Part shown: piece after piece, positions 8,970-17,250 of the stretch
Layout of the letters: each line of letters opens with the position of its first letter
Position numbering within the stretch: the first letter of the stretch is position 1
DNA from: Clostridia bacterium
GTDB taxonomy: Bacteria > Bacillota > Clostridia > Oscillospirales > Acutalibacteraceae
Direction of reading: 5' to 3'
DNA length: 64,000 nt
Assembly: GCA_017521125.1 (NCBI GenBank)
Contig: JAFXDV010000002.1
Coordinates: 25,315-89,314 of the forward strand
Notes under the pieces: generated by a model
What the model was told of the DNA's origin: nothing
The model's input: the letters and a program-made list of their open reading frames with translations, nothing else
The model's database searches: none
Translations under genes and position numbers: made by a program

Positions 8970-9709
8970 TAGTTGTTGTCACCGTATTTATAATAATATT
9001 TTCTATATCGGTAATAACCATAGTTTTTGCCGGAATCTTCTTTAATGTTATACTGATTCATAACTACACCCAAAATATTTGCCTGTACAGATTCTAATTT
9101 CTGAACTGCATTATGAACCTGTAATTTTGTGGCATATTTTTGCTTAACTACAAACAAGACACCGTCACAAATAAGGCTTAATGCAGCAGCATCTGTAACA
9201 ACACCAACAGGAGGAGCGTCGCAAATGATATAATCATAATGCTCGGTGAAAAAGTCCATAAGTTCTTTCATGGTTTTAGAGGAAAGCATCTCAACAGGTG
9301 TTGGGGGGACAGGGCCACCCAAGAGTACTGTGAAGCCGTGAGGTGTTTGGAAGAGGCAGTTCTCCAAAGGAGCATCTCCCACCAAAACGGAAGAAAGTCC
9401 TGTGTTAGCCGGGCGTTTGATTCTTAAATAACGATGGACGGAAGGGTTTCTCATATCTGCGTCTACGAGAAGAACCTTTGAGCCGTTGGCTGCAAGGGTT
9501 GCAGCCAAATTTATTGAAACGCTGGACTTGCCTTCGCCCTGAATAGAGCTGGTTACAACAATCTTTTTATGTTGTCCGTTTAATGCGGCATAGTTAAAGT
9601 TTGTTCTCAGCGCTTTATAAGCTTCGGCAAAAGTAAAAGGAGAATTTTCTGTTAATATATCATGGTGCGTTGTGCGTTTTGTTCTTTTTCTCTGTTTAAA
9701 AATTGACAT
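8969..9709 (-). CDS. cpsD: CpsD/CapB-type bacterial tyrosine (BY) kinase, cytoplasmic ATPase subunit
   Basis: Walker A GEGKSS, a DADMRNP motif, and a C-terminal tyrosine cluster YGYYRYRKYYYKYG. Confidence 0.9.
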   Translation of the reverse strand: MSIFKQRKRTKRTTHHDILTENSPFTFAEAYKALRTNFNYAALNGQHKKIVVTSSIQGEGKSSVSINLAATLAANGSKVLLVDADMRNPSVHRYLRIKRPANTGLSSVLVGDAPLENCLFQTPHGFTVLLGGPVPPTPVEMLSSKTMKELMDFFTEHYDYIICDAPPVGVVTDAAALSLICDGVLFVVKQKYATKLQVHNAVQKLESVQANILGVVMNQYNIKEDSGKNYGYYRYRKYYYKYGDNN

Positions 9710-10467
9710 TATAAATTCCCCCTAACTGAAGTAGTTTCGCTTTTTTTCTCAACGGTAGTTTTGCTTAACTCTAATGTAGGAATAACGCCTAAAACTGGAT
9801 AACCCAGATCATCTATAATGTCCCTTTCCGATTTGTAGGTGTTATCGAGTATTATTATCAACACAATAACAAAGCAAACCAAAAGAGCGCCAATAAAAGC
9901 AAAGGTAATTGCCGGTTTTACAGCCGAAGGGATATATGGGTCGTAAGGGGCAGAGGTGGTTTCAACCACGTTTACCGAACCTACGTCCATAGCTCCAACG
10001 ATAACATCGGGGGAGATGGCCAGAATTTTGTCGGCAATCTTAATAGCGGTGGCTCTGTCACTATGGTTAACGTTAATTTTAAGCACCGGAGTTTCCTCTA
10101 CAGTCGAAACCGAGACAGCCTTTGCTAAAGCATCATAAGACATATCGAGGTTTAAATCACTTATAACCTCGTCTAACACGGTGCGACTTTTAATAATGAT
10201 CGTATATGTGTTAGCGAGTTCCTTAGAAGTATTGATAAGGTCGGATGACAAGTAATCTCTGCCATCAGGCTTGTTGTTGATAATAAGCATTGCACCTGCA
10301 TTATAGGTGGGTTTTGCAGTTGCTTTTGTGTAAAAATAACTTGCTCCTCCCAAAATTAAAGCGGCCAAAATTATGCACCATAGCCTTTTCCAAAAGGCCC
10401 ATAAAATTTCGGCAATGTTGATTTCGAATTCTCTCTCTTCTTTAATCATAAACCGTAACACATCCAT
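9709..10467 (-). CDS. cpsC: CpsC/Wzz-type chain-length determinant / BY-kinase transmembrane modulator
   Basis: Two predicted TM segments flank a roughly 150-aa extracytoplasmic domain. It sits immediately upstream of the BY kinase with a 1-nt overlap. The start is uncertain: an alternative ATG is at 10449. Confidence 0.8.
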   Translation of the reverse strand: MDVLRFMIKEEREFEINIAEILWAFWKRLWCIILAALILGGASYFYTKATAKPTYNAGAMLIINNKPDGRDYLSSDLINTSKELANTYTIIIKSRTVLDEVISDLNLDMSYDALAKAVSVSTVEETPVLKINVNHSDRATAIKIADKILAISPDVIVGAMDVGSVNVVETTSAPYDPYIPSAVKPAITFAFIGALLVCFVIVLIIILDNTYKSERDIIDDLGYPVLGVIPTLELSKTTVEKKSETTSVRGNL

Positions 10468-10606
10468 TCAAAATTTATAGAGAAAGTGCGATTTTTTGTA
10501 AAATTTGGTGTTTGTGGGCACCATTTATTACATTATAACATAAAATTTTAAAAACAACAACAAAAATTTGTTGCAATTTTATAATATATATTTATAACAA
10601 AAAGTA

Positions 10607-10635
10607 TTGACACTTAAAAAACATAGTGATATACT
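10607..10635 (+). promoter_or_regulatory. Sigma-A type promoter of the liv transporter operon
   Basis: TTGACA (10607-10612), a 17-nt spacer, then TATACT (10630-10635). Confidence 0.6.
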
Positions 10636-10730
10636 TTTTTAAAAGAAATACTTTACAGAAGTAAAGCGCTACAAGGCCGAAAAACCTTGTTTTTCCTTGC
10701 AAAATTAAAATGAAAAGAGGAGTTTTTATT

Positions 10731-11888
10731 ATGAAGAAAATGTTAAAGCGTGCTTTAGCCGTAATGGTAGTAGTTGTTCTCGCACTTACAATGACTGCTT
10801 GCGGCGCAGCTAAGTACACAGCAAACAATACCGAGTATGTTATCGGTGTTTCAGGTCCTTTAACCGGTCCTGCAGCAGTATACGGCGTAGCAGTTAAGAA
10901 TTCTGCTCAGATGGCAATTGACGAGATTAATGCTGCCGGCGGTCTAAACGGCGTGAACTTTAAGTTTATTGCTCTTGATGACCAGCACGACGCAACCAAG
11001 GTTGCAGCAAACTATGCTTCACTTTTAGAGGGCGGTATGCAGGCTTCTCTCGGTACAGTTACAACTGCACCAGGTCTCGAGTTTTCTAACCTTTCTGTAG
11101 AAGACAACGTATTTTTCCTTACACCTTCTGCATCCGGAGATGACATTCCTAAGAATGAAAACGGCTTCCAGATGTGTTTCGCTGACGGTAACCAGGGTAA
11201 AGTTGCTGCAGAATATGTAAAGACTCTTGGTCTTAACAGCATCGGTGTATTCTACAAGTCTGATGACCCATATTCAAATGGTATCTACGAGCAGTTCAAA
11301 GAAAATCTTAAGGGTTCTGACATCTCTGTAGTTGAGACTGTATTTACCGGAGATGCTTCTGACTTCTCTACTCAGATTTCTTCACTCAAAGAGTGCAAGT
11401 TCATCTTTATGCCAATTTACTATCAACCTGCTGCAATCTTTATGACTCAGGCTAAGGACACAATCGCTGCAGATGCAGTTTACTATGGTTGTGACGGCTT
11501 CGACGGTCTTGCAGGTCAGTTAGATTTTAGCACCATTCCTCAGGAAATTTCTATGCTTTCTCACTTTGACTCAAACGCTACCGAAGGTGCAGCTGCAGAG
11601 TTTATCAAGAAGTATACAGAAAAATATGATGCAGAAACTCTTAACCAGTTCGGTGCTTCTGCTTACGACTGCGTATATGCAATCTATAACGCTATGAAGG
11701 CTGCTATTAAAGCAGGTAAGGAAATTCCTGTAACAATCTCTGCTTCTGACCTTTCTGATATCCTAAAAGAGCAGTTTACAGGCGAGTTTACTTATTCCGG
11801 CGTTACCGGTTCTGACATCAAGTGGCAGGATAACGGTTACGTATCTAAGGGCGCTATCAAATACGTTCTTAAAGAGGCTACAAAATAA
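10731..11888 (+). CDS. Branched-chain amino acid ABC transporter substrate-binding lipoprotein (LivJ/LivK family)
   Basis: Signal peptide with lipobox LTMTAC and a periplasmic-binding-protein type I fold sequence. I chose the ATG at 10731, 8 nt after AAAGAGGAG. Confidence 0.9.
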   Translation: MKKMLKRALAVMVVVVLALTMTACGAAKYTANNTEYVIGVSGPLTGPAAVYGVAVKNSAQMAIDEINAAGGLNGVNFKFIALDDQHDATKVAANYASLLEGGMQASLGTVTTAPGLEFSNLSVEDNVFFLTPSASGDDIPKNENGFQMCFADGNQGKVAAEYVKTLGLNSIGVFYKSDDPYSNGIYEQFKENLKGSDISVVETVFTGDASDFSTQISSLKECKFIFMPIYYQPAAIFMTQAKDTIAADAVYYGCDGFDGLAGQLDFSTIPQEISMLSHFDSNATEGAAAEFIKKYTEKYDAETLNQFGASAYDCVYAIYNAMKAAIKAGKEIPVTISASDLSDILKEQFTGEFTYSGVTGSDIKWQDNGYVSKGAIKYVLKEATK

Positions 11889-11919
11889 GCCAATCTCAAC
11901 ATAAGTTTACTGTTTATGA

Positions 11920-11950
11920 TTTGCCGGTGTAGATTTTCTGCTCCGGCAAA
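11920..11950 (+). promoter_or_regulatory. Intra-operon hairpin between the binding-protein and permease genes
   Basis: TTTGCCGG (11920-11927) pairs with CCGGCAAA (11943-11950) around a 15-nt loop. This is a plausible partial terminator or stabiliser giving excess binding-protein mRNA. Confidence 0.4.
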
Positions 11951-11986
11951 TTATCATTAATATATATTAAAAAATAGGTTATTATT

Positions 11987-12862
11987 ATGGAAATTATTGA
12001 GACTTTACTTAACGGTATGAGCATCGGTAGTACCTACGCTATGATTGCTTTGGGCTACACGATGGTATACGGAATTGCTAAAATGCTTAACTTTGCCCAC
12101 GGTGATGTAATTATGGTGGGCGGGTATATGCTTTTTATAACAATGGCGTCCGCTCTATCTAATCCCATTATCGGACTTATCTTCGCCGTTGTTGTTTGTA
12201 TGATTTTAGGAATTACCATTGAAAAAATCGCTTACAAGCCACTACGTGGTGCATCTCCTCTTGCGGTACTTATTACCGCTATAGGCGTTAGTTATCTTTT
12301 GCAGTCCACCGCACAGATGATTTTCGGCTCAGCTCCAAAGATGGTCATTCTATTAGACCTTGGAAATATTGAGTTCGGCGGACTAAAGGTTCCTGTTTAC
12401 ACTCTGATTACTTTAGGTTGTTCCGTAGTAATTATGTTGGTTTTAAGCCTTTTTGTAAAATACACAAAAACAGGTCGCGCAATGATTGCGGTTTCAGAGG
12501 ACAAGGGTGCGGCACAGCTTATGGGAATAAACGTAAATGGTATTATTACCATTACCTTTGCTATAGGCTCGGCACTTGCCGCCTTTGCAGGCTTCTTTAT
12601 GCTTTTAAAATCGCCAAGTCTTTCCAACACCCTTGGCGCAATGCCGGGAATCAAAGCGTTTACCGCTGCAGTTATCGGTGGTATCGGCTCCATACCGGGC
12701 GCTATGCTTGGCGGACTTTTAATGGGCGTTGTAGAAGCTATTTCCTTTAAAATTCCTGTTATCGCTCCTTACACCGATGCAATCGAGTTTTTAATTCTTA
12801 TTGTAATCCTTCTTGTAAGACCTTCGGGAATCTTAGGAAGAAAGAGGAGGGAGAAGGTATAA
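11987..12862 (+). CDS. livH: Branched-chain amino acid ABC transporter permease (LivH type)
   Basis: 291 aa polytopic membrane protein of the LivH family; operon context. Confidence 0.9.
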   Translation: MEIIETLLNGMSIGSTYAMIALGYTMVYGIAKMLNFAHGDVIMVGGYMLFITMASALSNPIIGLIFAVVVCMILGITIEKIAYKPLRGASPLAVLITAIGVSYLLQSTAQMIFGSAPKMVILLDLGNIEFGGLKVPVYTLITLGCSVVIMLVLSLFVKYTKTGRAMIAVSEDKGAAQLMGINVNGIITITFAIGSALAAFAGFFMLLKSPSLSNTLGAMPGIKAFTAAVIGGIGSIPGAMLGGLLMGVVEAISFKIPVIAPYTDAIEFLILIVILLVRPSGILGRKRREKV

Positions 12863-14001
12863 TGGCTAATATGTTTGCTAAAATTAAATGGAAACATTTT
12901 ATAAATTACATTGTTGTTGCTATAGCGATGATTGTTTTCGGGGTTATGTCTCTTACGGGCGCCCTTTCTTCCTCAACAGTATATCTTCTTGAGAAAATTG
13001 CTATCGCAATAATTCTTGCGGTATCTCTAAGCGTTGTTGTAGGTTTCCTCGGAGAGCTTTCTTTGGGACATGCCGGCTTTATGTGTATCGGTGCATATCT
13101 CGGTGGTAAAGCATCCCTGCTTTTAGAGCCTGTTATGGGCGACGGCTTTTTAACCCTTATAGTGTCTATGATTGTGGGCGGCGCCATTGCGGCTCTTTGC
13201 GGTGCGGTTATCGGACTGCCTGCCCTTCGACTTAAGGGTGACTATCTTGCCATTGTAACTTTGGCTTTTGGCGAAATTGTACGTTCTATTTTTATGAATA
13301 CCAAAAAAGAATCTTTTGGCGGTTCTTTAGGACTTGAAACACCAAGATACGATAAAGACATTCTTTTCATTATTGCTTTTGTTTTTGTTCTTATAACCCT
13401 TGCGGTTTTACAGAATTTAATCAGAAGTAAGCACGGCAGAGCAATTACCTCTATTCGTGACAATGAAATTGCTTCTAAGGCTACAGGTATAAACGTTACC
13501 AAGTACAAGCTTATAGTATTTACCATTTCTTCTTTCTTTGCAGGAATTGCAGGTGTGCTTTACAGCTTTAGTAACTATACTGTTCAAAGCTCCAAATTCA
13601 GCTACAATTATTCTATCGAAATACTTGTTATGGTAGTTCTCGGAGGTATGGGTTCTATCAACGGCTCAATTATTGCCGCTACACTTATCACCTTCCTTGA
13701 CGTTAAGCTTCAGACTATTCTTACAGGTGACCTTGCGGTGCTTCAGGACCTATTCTATGCTCTTGTTCTTATAATTCTTGTAATTTACAACAATGCACCT
13801 GCTTTAAAGGGATTCAGAGAAACCCACAATTTAAAGGTTTTACTTGATAGGTTCAGAAAGCATAGTCCTGCAGACCGTAAGGATGATGAGGCAAAATGGG
13901 ACAGAGTTCCTACTAAGATTAGTATGGATGAGGTTTTGTCGGTTGACCTTCAGCCACAGACTACCTACACTCCTGATAAGCCTAAAAAGGAGGGTAAATA
14001 A
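12862..14001 (+). CDS. livM: Branched-chain amino acid ABC transporter permease (LivM type) with a hydrophilic C-terminal tail
   Basis: 379 aa polytopic protein. Its start overlaps the livH stop. About the last 70 aa are charged and non-membrane. Confidence 0.9.
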   Translation: MANMFAKIKWKHFINYIVVAIAMIVFGVMSLTGALSSSTVYLLEKIAIAIILAVSLSVVVGFLGELSLGHAGFMCIGAYLGGKASLLLEPVMGDGFLTLIVSMIVGGAIAALCGAVIGLPALRLKGDYLAIVTLAFGEIVRSIFMNTKKESFGGSLGLETPRYDKDILFIIAFVFVLITLAVLQNLIRSKHGRAITSIRDNEIASKATGINVTKYKLIVFTISSFFAGIAGVLYSFSNYTVQSSKFSYNYSIEILVMVVLGGMGSINGSIIAATLITFLDVKLQTILTGDLAVLQDLFYALVLIILVIYNNAPALKGFRETHNLKVLLDRFRKHSPADRKDDEAKWDRVPTKISMDEVLSVDLQPQTTYTPDKPKKEGK

Positions 14002-14771
14002 TGTCGACAACAGTACTTAAAATAGAAAATCTCGGCATCTCCTTCGGCGGACTTAAAGCTGTTCAAGACCTTAATCTCGAAATTAAGGAAAAACAACTTT
14101 ACGGTCTTGTTGGACCTAACGGCGCAGGTAAAACTACCGTTTTCAATATGCTTACAGGTGTTTACAAGCCTACCACAGGTAATTTCTATCTTGATGGAGA
14201 AAACCTTACAGGCAAGGCTCAGGATGTAATTAACCAAAAGGGTATCGCAAGAACCTTCCAGAACATCCGTCTTTTCAACAATATGACTGTAATTCGTAAT
14301 GTTATGGTAGGTCTTCATAATAGGCCGGAGTTTAAGTGTGGAGTGTTCGCTAGCATCTTCCGACTACCTTCTTATTATAAAACCGAAAAGGCTATGAGGC
14401 AGAAGGCTAAGGAAATTCTTCGTATAGTTGGACTTGAGGAGGAAAGAAACAATCTTTCTTGCAATCTTCCTTACGGAAAACAGAGAAAACTCGAAATAGC
14501 CCGTGCGCTTGCTACCAATCCAAGACTTTTGTGTCTTGACGAGCCTGCGGCAGGTATGAACCCTAACGAGACTGCAGACCTTATGGATATTATTAAGTTT
14601 ATCAGAGATGAGTTTAACGTTACAATATTACTCATCGAACACGATATGAAATTCGTTTCAGGCCTTTGTGATGAGGTTACCGTTTTAAACTTCGGTACCG
14701 TTTTGGCACAGGGCAAAACACGAGACGCCCTTAATGACCCTGAGGTTATTAAGGCATACATAGGAGGATAA
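14001..14771 (+). CDS. livG: Branched-chain amino acid ABC transporter ATP-binding protein (LivG type)
   Basis: Walker A GPNGAGKTT, an ABC signature region, and Walker B LLCLDEPAAG. Confidence 0.92.
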   Translation: MSTTVLKIENLGISFGGLKAVQDLNLEIKEKQLYGLVGPNGAGKTTVFNMLTGVYKPTTGNFYLDGENLTGKAQDVINQKGIARTFQNIRLFNNMTVIRNVMVGLHNRPEFKCGVFASIFRLPSYYKTEKAMRQKAKEILRIVGLEEERNNLSCNLPYGKQRKLEIARALATNPRLLCLDEPAAGMNPNETADLMDIIKFIRDEFNVTILLIEHDMKFVSGLCDEVTVLNFGTVLAQGKTRDALNDPEVIKAYIGG

Positions 14772-14775
14772 CGCT

Positions 14776-15486
14776 ATGGCTTTATTAGAGGTTAAAGATT
14801 TAGAGGTTTATTACGGCGTTATTAATGCTCTTAAAGGGGTTAGCTTTGAGGTAAATGAGGGAGAAATTGTAACCCTTATTGGCGCCAACGGCGCAGGAAA
14901 AACTACCACAATGCAAAGCATAATCGGTCTTATCCCTGCACGCCACGGAACAGTAATTTATGATGGAAACGATATTTCAAAGATGCCCTGCCACAAGATT
15001 GTAAATCTTGGTATGTCTCAGGTTCCTGAGGGAAGAAGAGTCTTCCAGGAGCTTACAGTTTATGAAAATCTTGTTATGGGCGCATATCTAAGAAAACAGG
15101 ATAACGAATTTAAGGCCGATATTGAAAGAATTTATGAGCGTTTCCCACGTCTTGCTGAAAGAAAAAACCAAATCGCCGGAACCCTTTCAGGCGGAGAACA
15201 GCAGATGCTTGCAATGGGCAGAGCTTTAATGAGCAAACCAAAGCTTTTAATGCTTGACGAGCCTTCTATGGGACTTTCACCCTTGCTTGTTGACCAAGTG
15301 TTTGATATTATCAAAGATATCAACAAGGATGGCACAACCATTCTTCTTGTTGAGCAGAATGCAGGCAAGTCACTTGCTATTTCTGACCGAGCCTATGTTC
15401 TAGAAACCGGCGCTATTGTGCTTTCGGGAACAGGAGAAGAGCTATCCCAAAGCGAGAAGGTTAAGGAAGCCTATCTCGGCGGATAA
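14776..15486 (+). CDS. livF: Branched-chain amino acid ABC transporter ATP-binding protein (LivF type)
   Basis: Walker A GANGAGKTT, signature LSGGEQQ, and Walker B LLMLDEPS. Confidence 0.92.
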   Translation: MALLEVKDLEVYYGVINALKGVSFEVNEGEIVTLIGANGAGKTTTMQSIIGLIPARHGTVIYDGNDISKMPCHKIVNLGMSQVPEGRRVFQELTVYENLVMGAYLRKQDNEFKADIERIYERFPRLAERKNQIAGTLSGGEQQMLAMGRALMSKPKLLMLDEPSMGLSPLLVDQVFDIIKDINKDGTTILLVEQNAGKSLAISDRAYVLETGAIVLSGTGEELSQSEKVKEAYLGG

Positions 15487-15504
15487 AATTATTAAACAAC
15501 AAAA

Positions 15505-15535
15505 AGCACACAACTTAGGTTGTGTGCTTTTTTTG
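15505..15535 (+). terminator. Rho-independent terminator of the liv operon
   Basis: AGCACACAAC (15505-15514) pairs with GTTGTGTGCT (15519-15528), followed by TTTTTTT. Confidence 0.9.
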
Positions 15536-15698
15536 CAAATAAAAAGGGTGTTTTTCAACACCTAACAAAATTATTATATCAAAAAATTTTACATTTGTAA
15601 AGAGTTTTTACGCTATGTAAAAAATTTTCTCCTTTGTAGCCAATTTTCAGCTTAAAACTTTATTTTATTTGTCAATAGAAATGGGGGTAAAAATATGC

Positions 15699-16059
15699 TA
15701 TACTAAAGACACAGAAAGAGAGGTTGATTCCAATGTTCAGGTAAGCACTCTGAAAGATTTTAAGGCAAGGAAGGTAATAGCTGCAGTTAAAAGGAGACTG
15801 CGAAATAAGAGGATTGTAAGAGCCTTAAAGCTGAGTAAGAGTTTCATATAACCTTAGTTTTTTCACATCAACATTTAAGAGATGCTCGCTTTACGGGTTA
15901 AGCAAAATAGTGCTAAAGCAAGTGTTAAAGAGTGTGGCGAAAATAAGGGAACCAAGGAAAGAGAGGTATAAAAAAGATGTTGGATATTAAGAGTGAACAA
16001 AAATAGCTCTTGACCGGAAAAACTGTGTAAAGAAACAGTGGTCAAGAGCTATTTTTATT
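15699..16059 (+). ncRNA. Candidate orphan non-coding transcription unit: extended -10 promoter, purine-rich body, strong terminator
   Basis: TGcTATACT extended -10 at 15696-15704. No ORF here has a usable SD apart from a 9-codon one. Nested stems are present (15760-15766 with 15822-15828; 15783-15786 with 15798-15801). It ends at the 16003-16059 terminator. No Rfam family was recognised. Confidence 0.25.
16003..16059. terminator. Long bidirectional terminator hairpin (CDF transporter gene / candidate plus-strand RNA)
   Basis: ATAGCTCTTGACC (16003-16015) pairs with GGTCAAGAGCTAT (16040-16052). An inner ACTGT/ACAGT stem is present, and T-runs follow on both strands. Confidence 0.85.
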
Positions 16060-16071
16060 TTATTATATTAA

Positions 16072-17250
16072 TTATTTCTTTTCGGTGTAATCAAGGTCAA
16101 ATTCAACGACGCAAACAAAGGTTTCGTCAATAGACTTTGCGATTGCTCCGATTTTTTCTTTTAAGTCCTTTTTTGAAATAGAAAAATCTACAGGCAACAC
16201 CACGTCGAAAATCAGGTTGGTCTGTTTGTCTGTTTTAGGGGTCATTCTAAAGTCGTGTAGATTAAGGCGAGGGTCAATTTTCACAAGCTCTGTGAGCATT
16301 TTGCCCTTCGCAGTATTTAATTTTTCATTGTCGGTCTCCACAGGGTCCATATGTATTGTAAGGGTAATGCCAAGCTTTTCGGCTACAAGCTTTTCGCAAA
16401 GGTCGATTTGCTCGTGGCATTTTATTATGTCTGTATTTGCGGGGACTTCAACGTGAACCGAGGCAAAGCATCTTCCCGGACCGTAGTTGTGAGGAACAAG
16501 GTCGTGGATTCCTAAAAATCCATCGAAGCTCATAATTTCCTTCTCTATAGCCAAGGCGGTTTCCTTGTCAAGCGGTTCGCCAAGGAGAGGGTCCAACGTT
16601 TCTTTTGCAGTCTTTATGCCTGAATAAAGGATAAACAGAGACATTGCAAGACCGATATAAGCATCTATATTGATTTTTGCTACCATCATTACTATTACCG
16701 AAACTAAAATGGCTAAAGTGGTAAGAGCGTCGTTAAGACTGTCTTGCGCTGTAGCCTTTAATGCTTTTGAGGAGATTTTTTCTCCAAGGGCATTATTAAA
16801 GAAATAGAGCAGTAGTTTTACAAGTATAGAAGCGGCCAATATTACAACAGATAAAATGGTAAAGGTTATATCCTGTGGGTGTAAGATTTTATCAAAGGAG
16901 CTTTTAAGAAGCTCGAAGCCCACAAGAAGAATAAGTCCCGATACTATAAAGGCCGAAACGTATTCAATTCTTCCGTGACCGTAAGGATGGTCAGGGTCGG
17001 CAGGCTTTGCTGCAAGGTGAAAACCAAAAAGCACAACTAAAGAGGAACCCATGTCCGAAAGGTTATTAAGAGCATCTGCGGTAATAGATATAGAACCTGA
17101 GATAATACCGGCTAGGAGTTTGAAGCCGAACAAAAACAGGTTGCAGATAATGGTAATAACACCCGAAAGCTTTCCAAAGCTTTCTCTGACGGTAATATCT
17201 TCGGTTCGTTCAGAGTTTTTTACAAATTTTTTAATAAGCAGGTCTAACAT
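16072..17250 (-). CDS. Cation diffusion facilitator (CDF) family metal efflux transporter
   Basis: 392 aa with six N-terminal TM helices containing DALNNLSD and HxxxD-type metal sites, plus a C-terminal cytoplasmic domain. The start overlaps the ddl stop (TAATG). Confidence 0.88.
   Translation of the reverse strand: MLDLLIKKFVKNSERTEDITVRESFGKLSGVITIICNLFLFGFKLLAGIISGSISITADALNNLSDMGSSLVVLFGFHLAAKPADPDHPYGHGRIEYVSAFIVSGLILLVGFELLKSSFDKILHPQDITFTILSVVILAASILVKLLLYFFNNALGEKISSKALKATAQDSLNDALTTLAILVSVIVMMVAKINIDAYIGLAMSLFILYSGIKTAKETLDPLLGEPLDKETALAIEKEIMSFDGFLGIHDLVPHNYGPGRCFASVHVEVPANTDIIKCHEQIDLCEKLVAEKLGITLTIHMDPVETDNEKLNTAKGKMLTELVKIDPRLNLHDFRMTPKTDKQTNLIFDVVLPVDFSISKKDLKEKIGAIAKSIDETFVCVVEFDLDYTEKK

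Noticed and set aside
10592-10828. Listed 78-aa minus-strand ORF across the liv promoter and signal-peptide region.
   Set aside because: It overlaps a consensus promoter and the 5' end of the binding-protein gene, gives a low-complexity hydrophobic translation, and has no SD.
15669-15851. Listed 60-aa ORF (MSIEMGVKICYTKD...) in the liv/CDF intergenic region.
   Set aside because: - It has a TTG start with no Shine-Dalgarno.
- Its start lies upstream of the only plausible promoter element (-10 at 15699-15704).
- Its Lys/Arg-rich sequence is what any frame of this purine-rich DNA would give.
- I treated it as part of the candidate non-coding locus instead.
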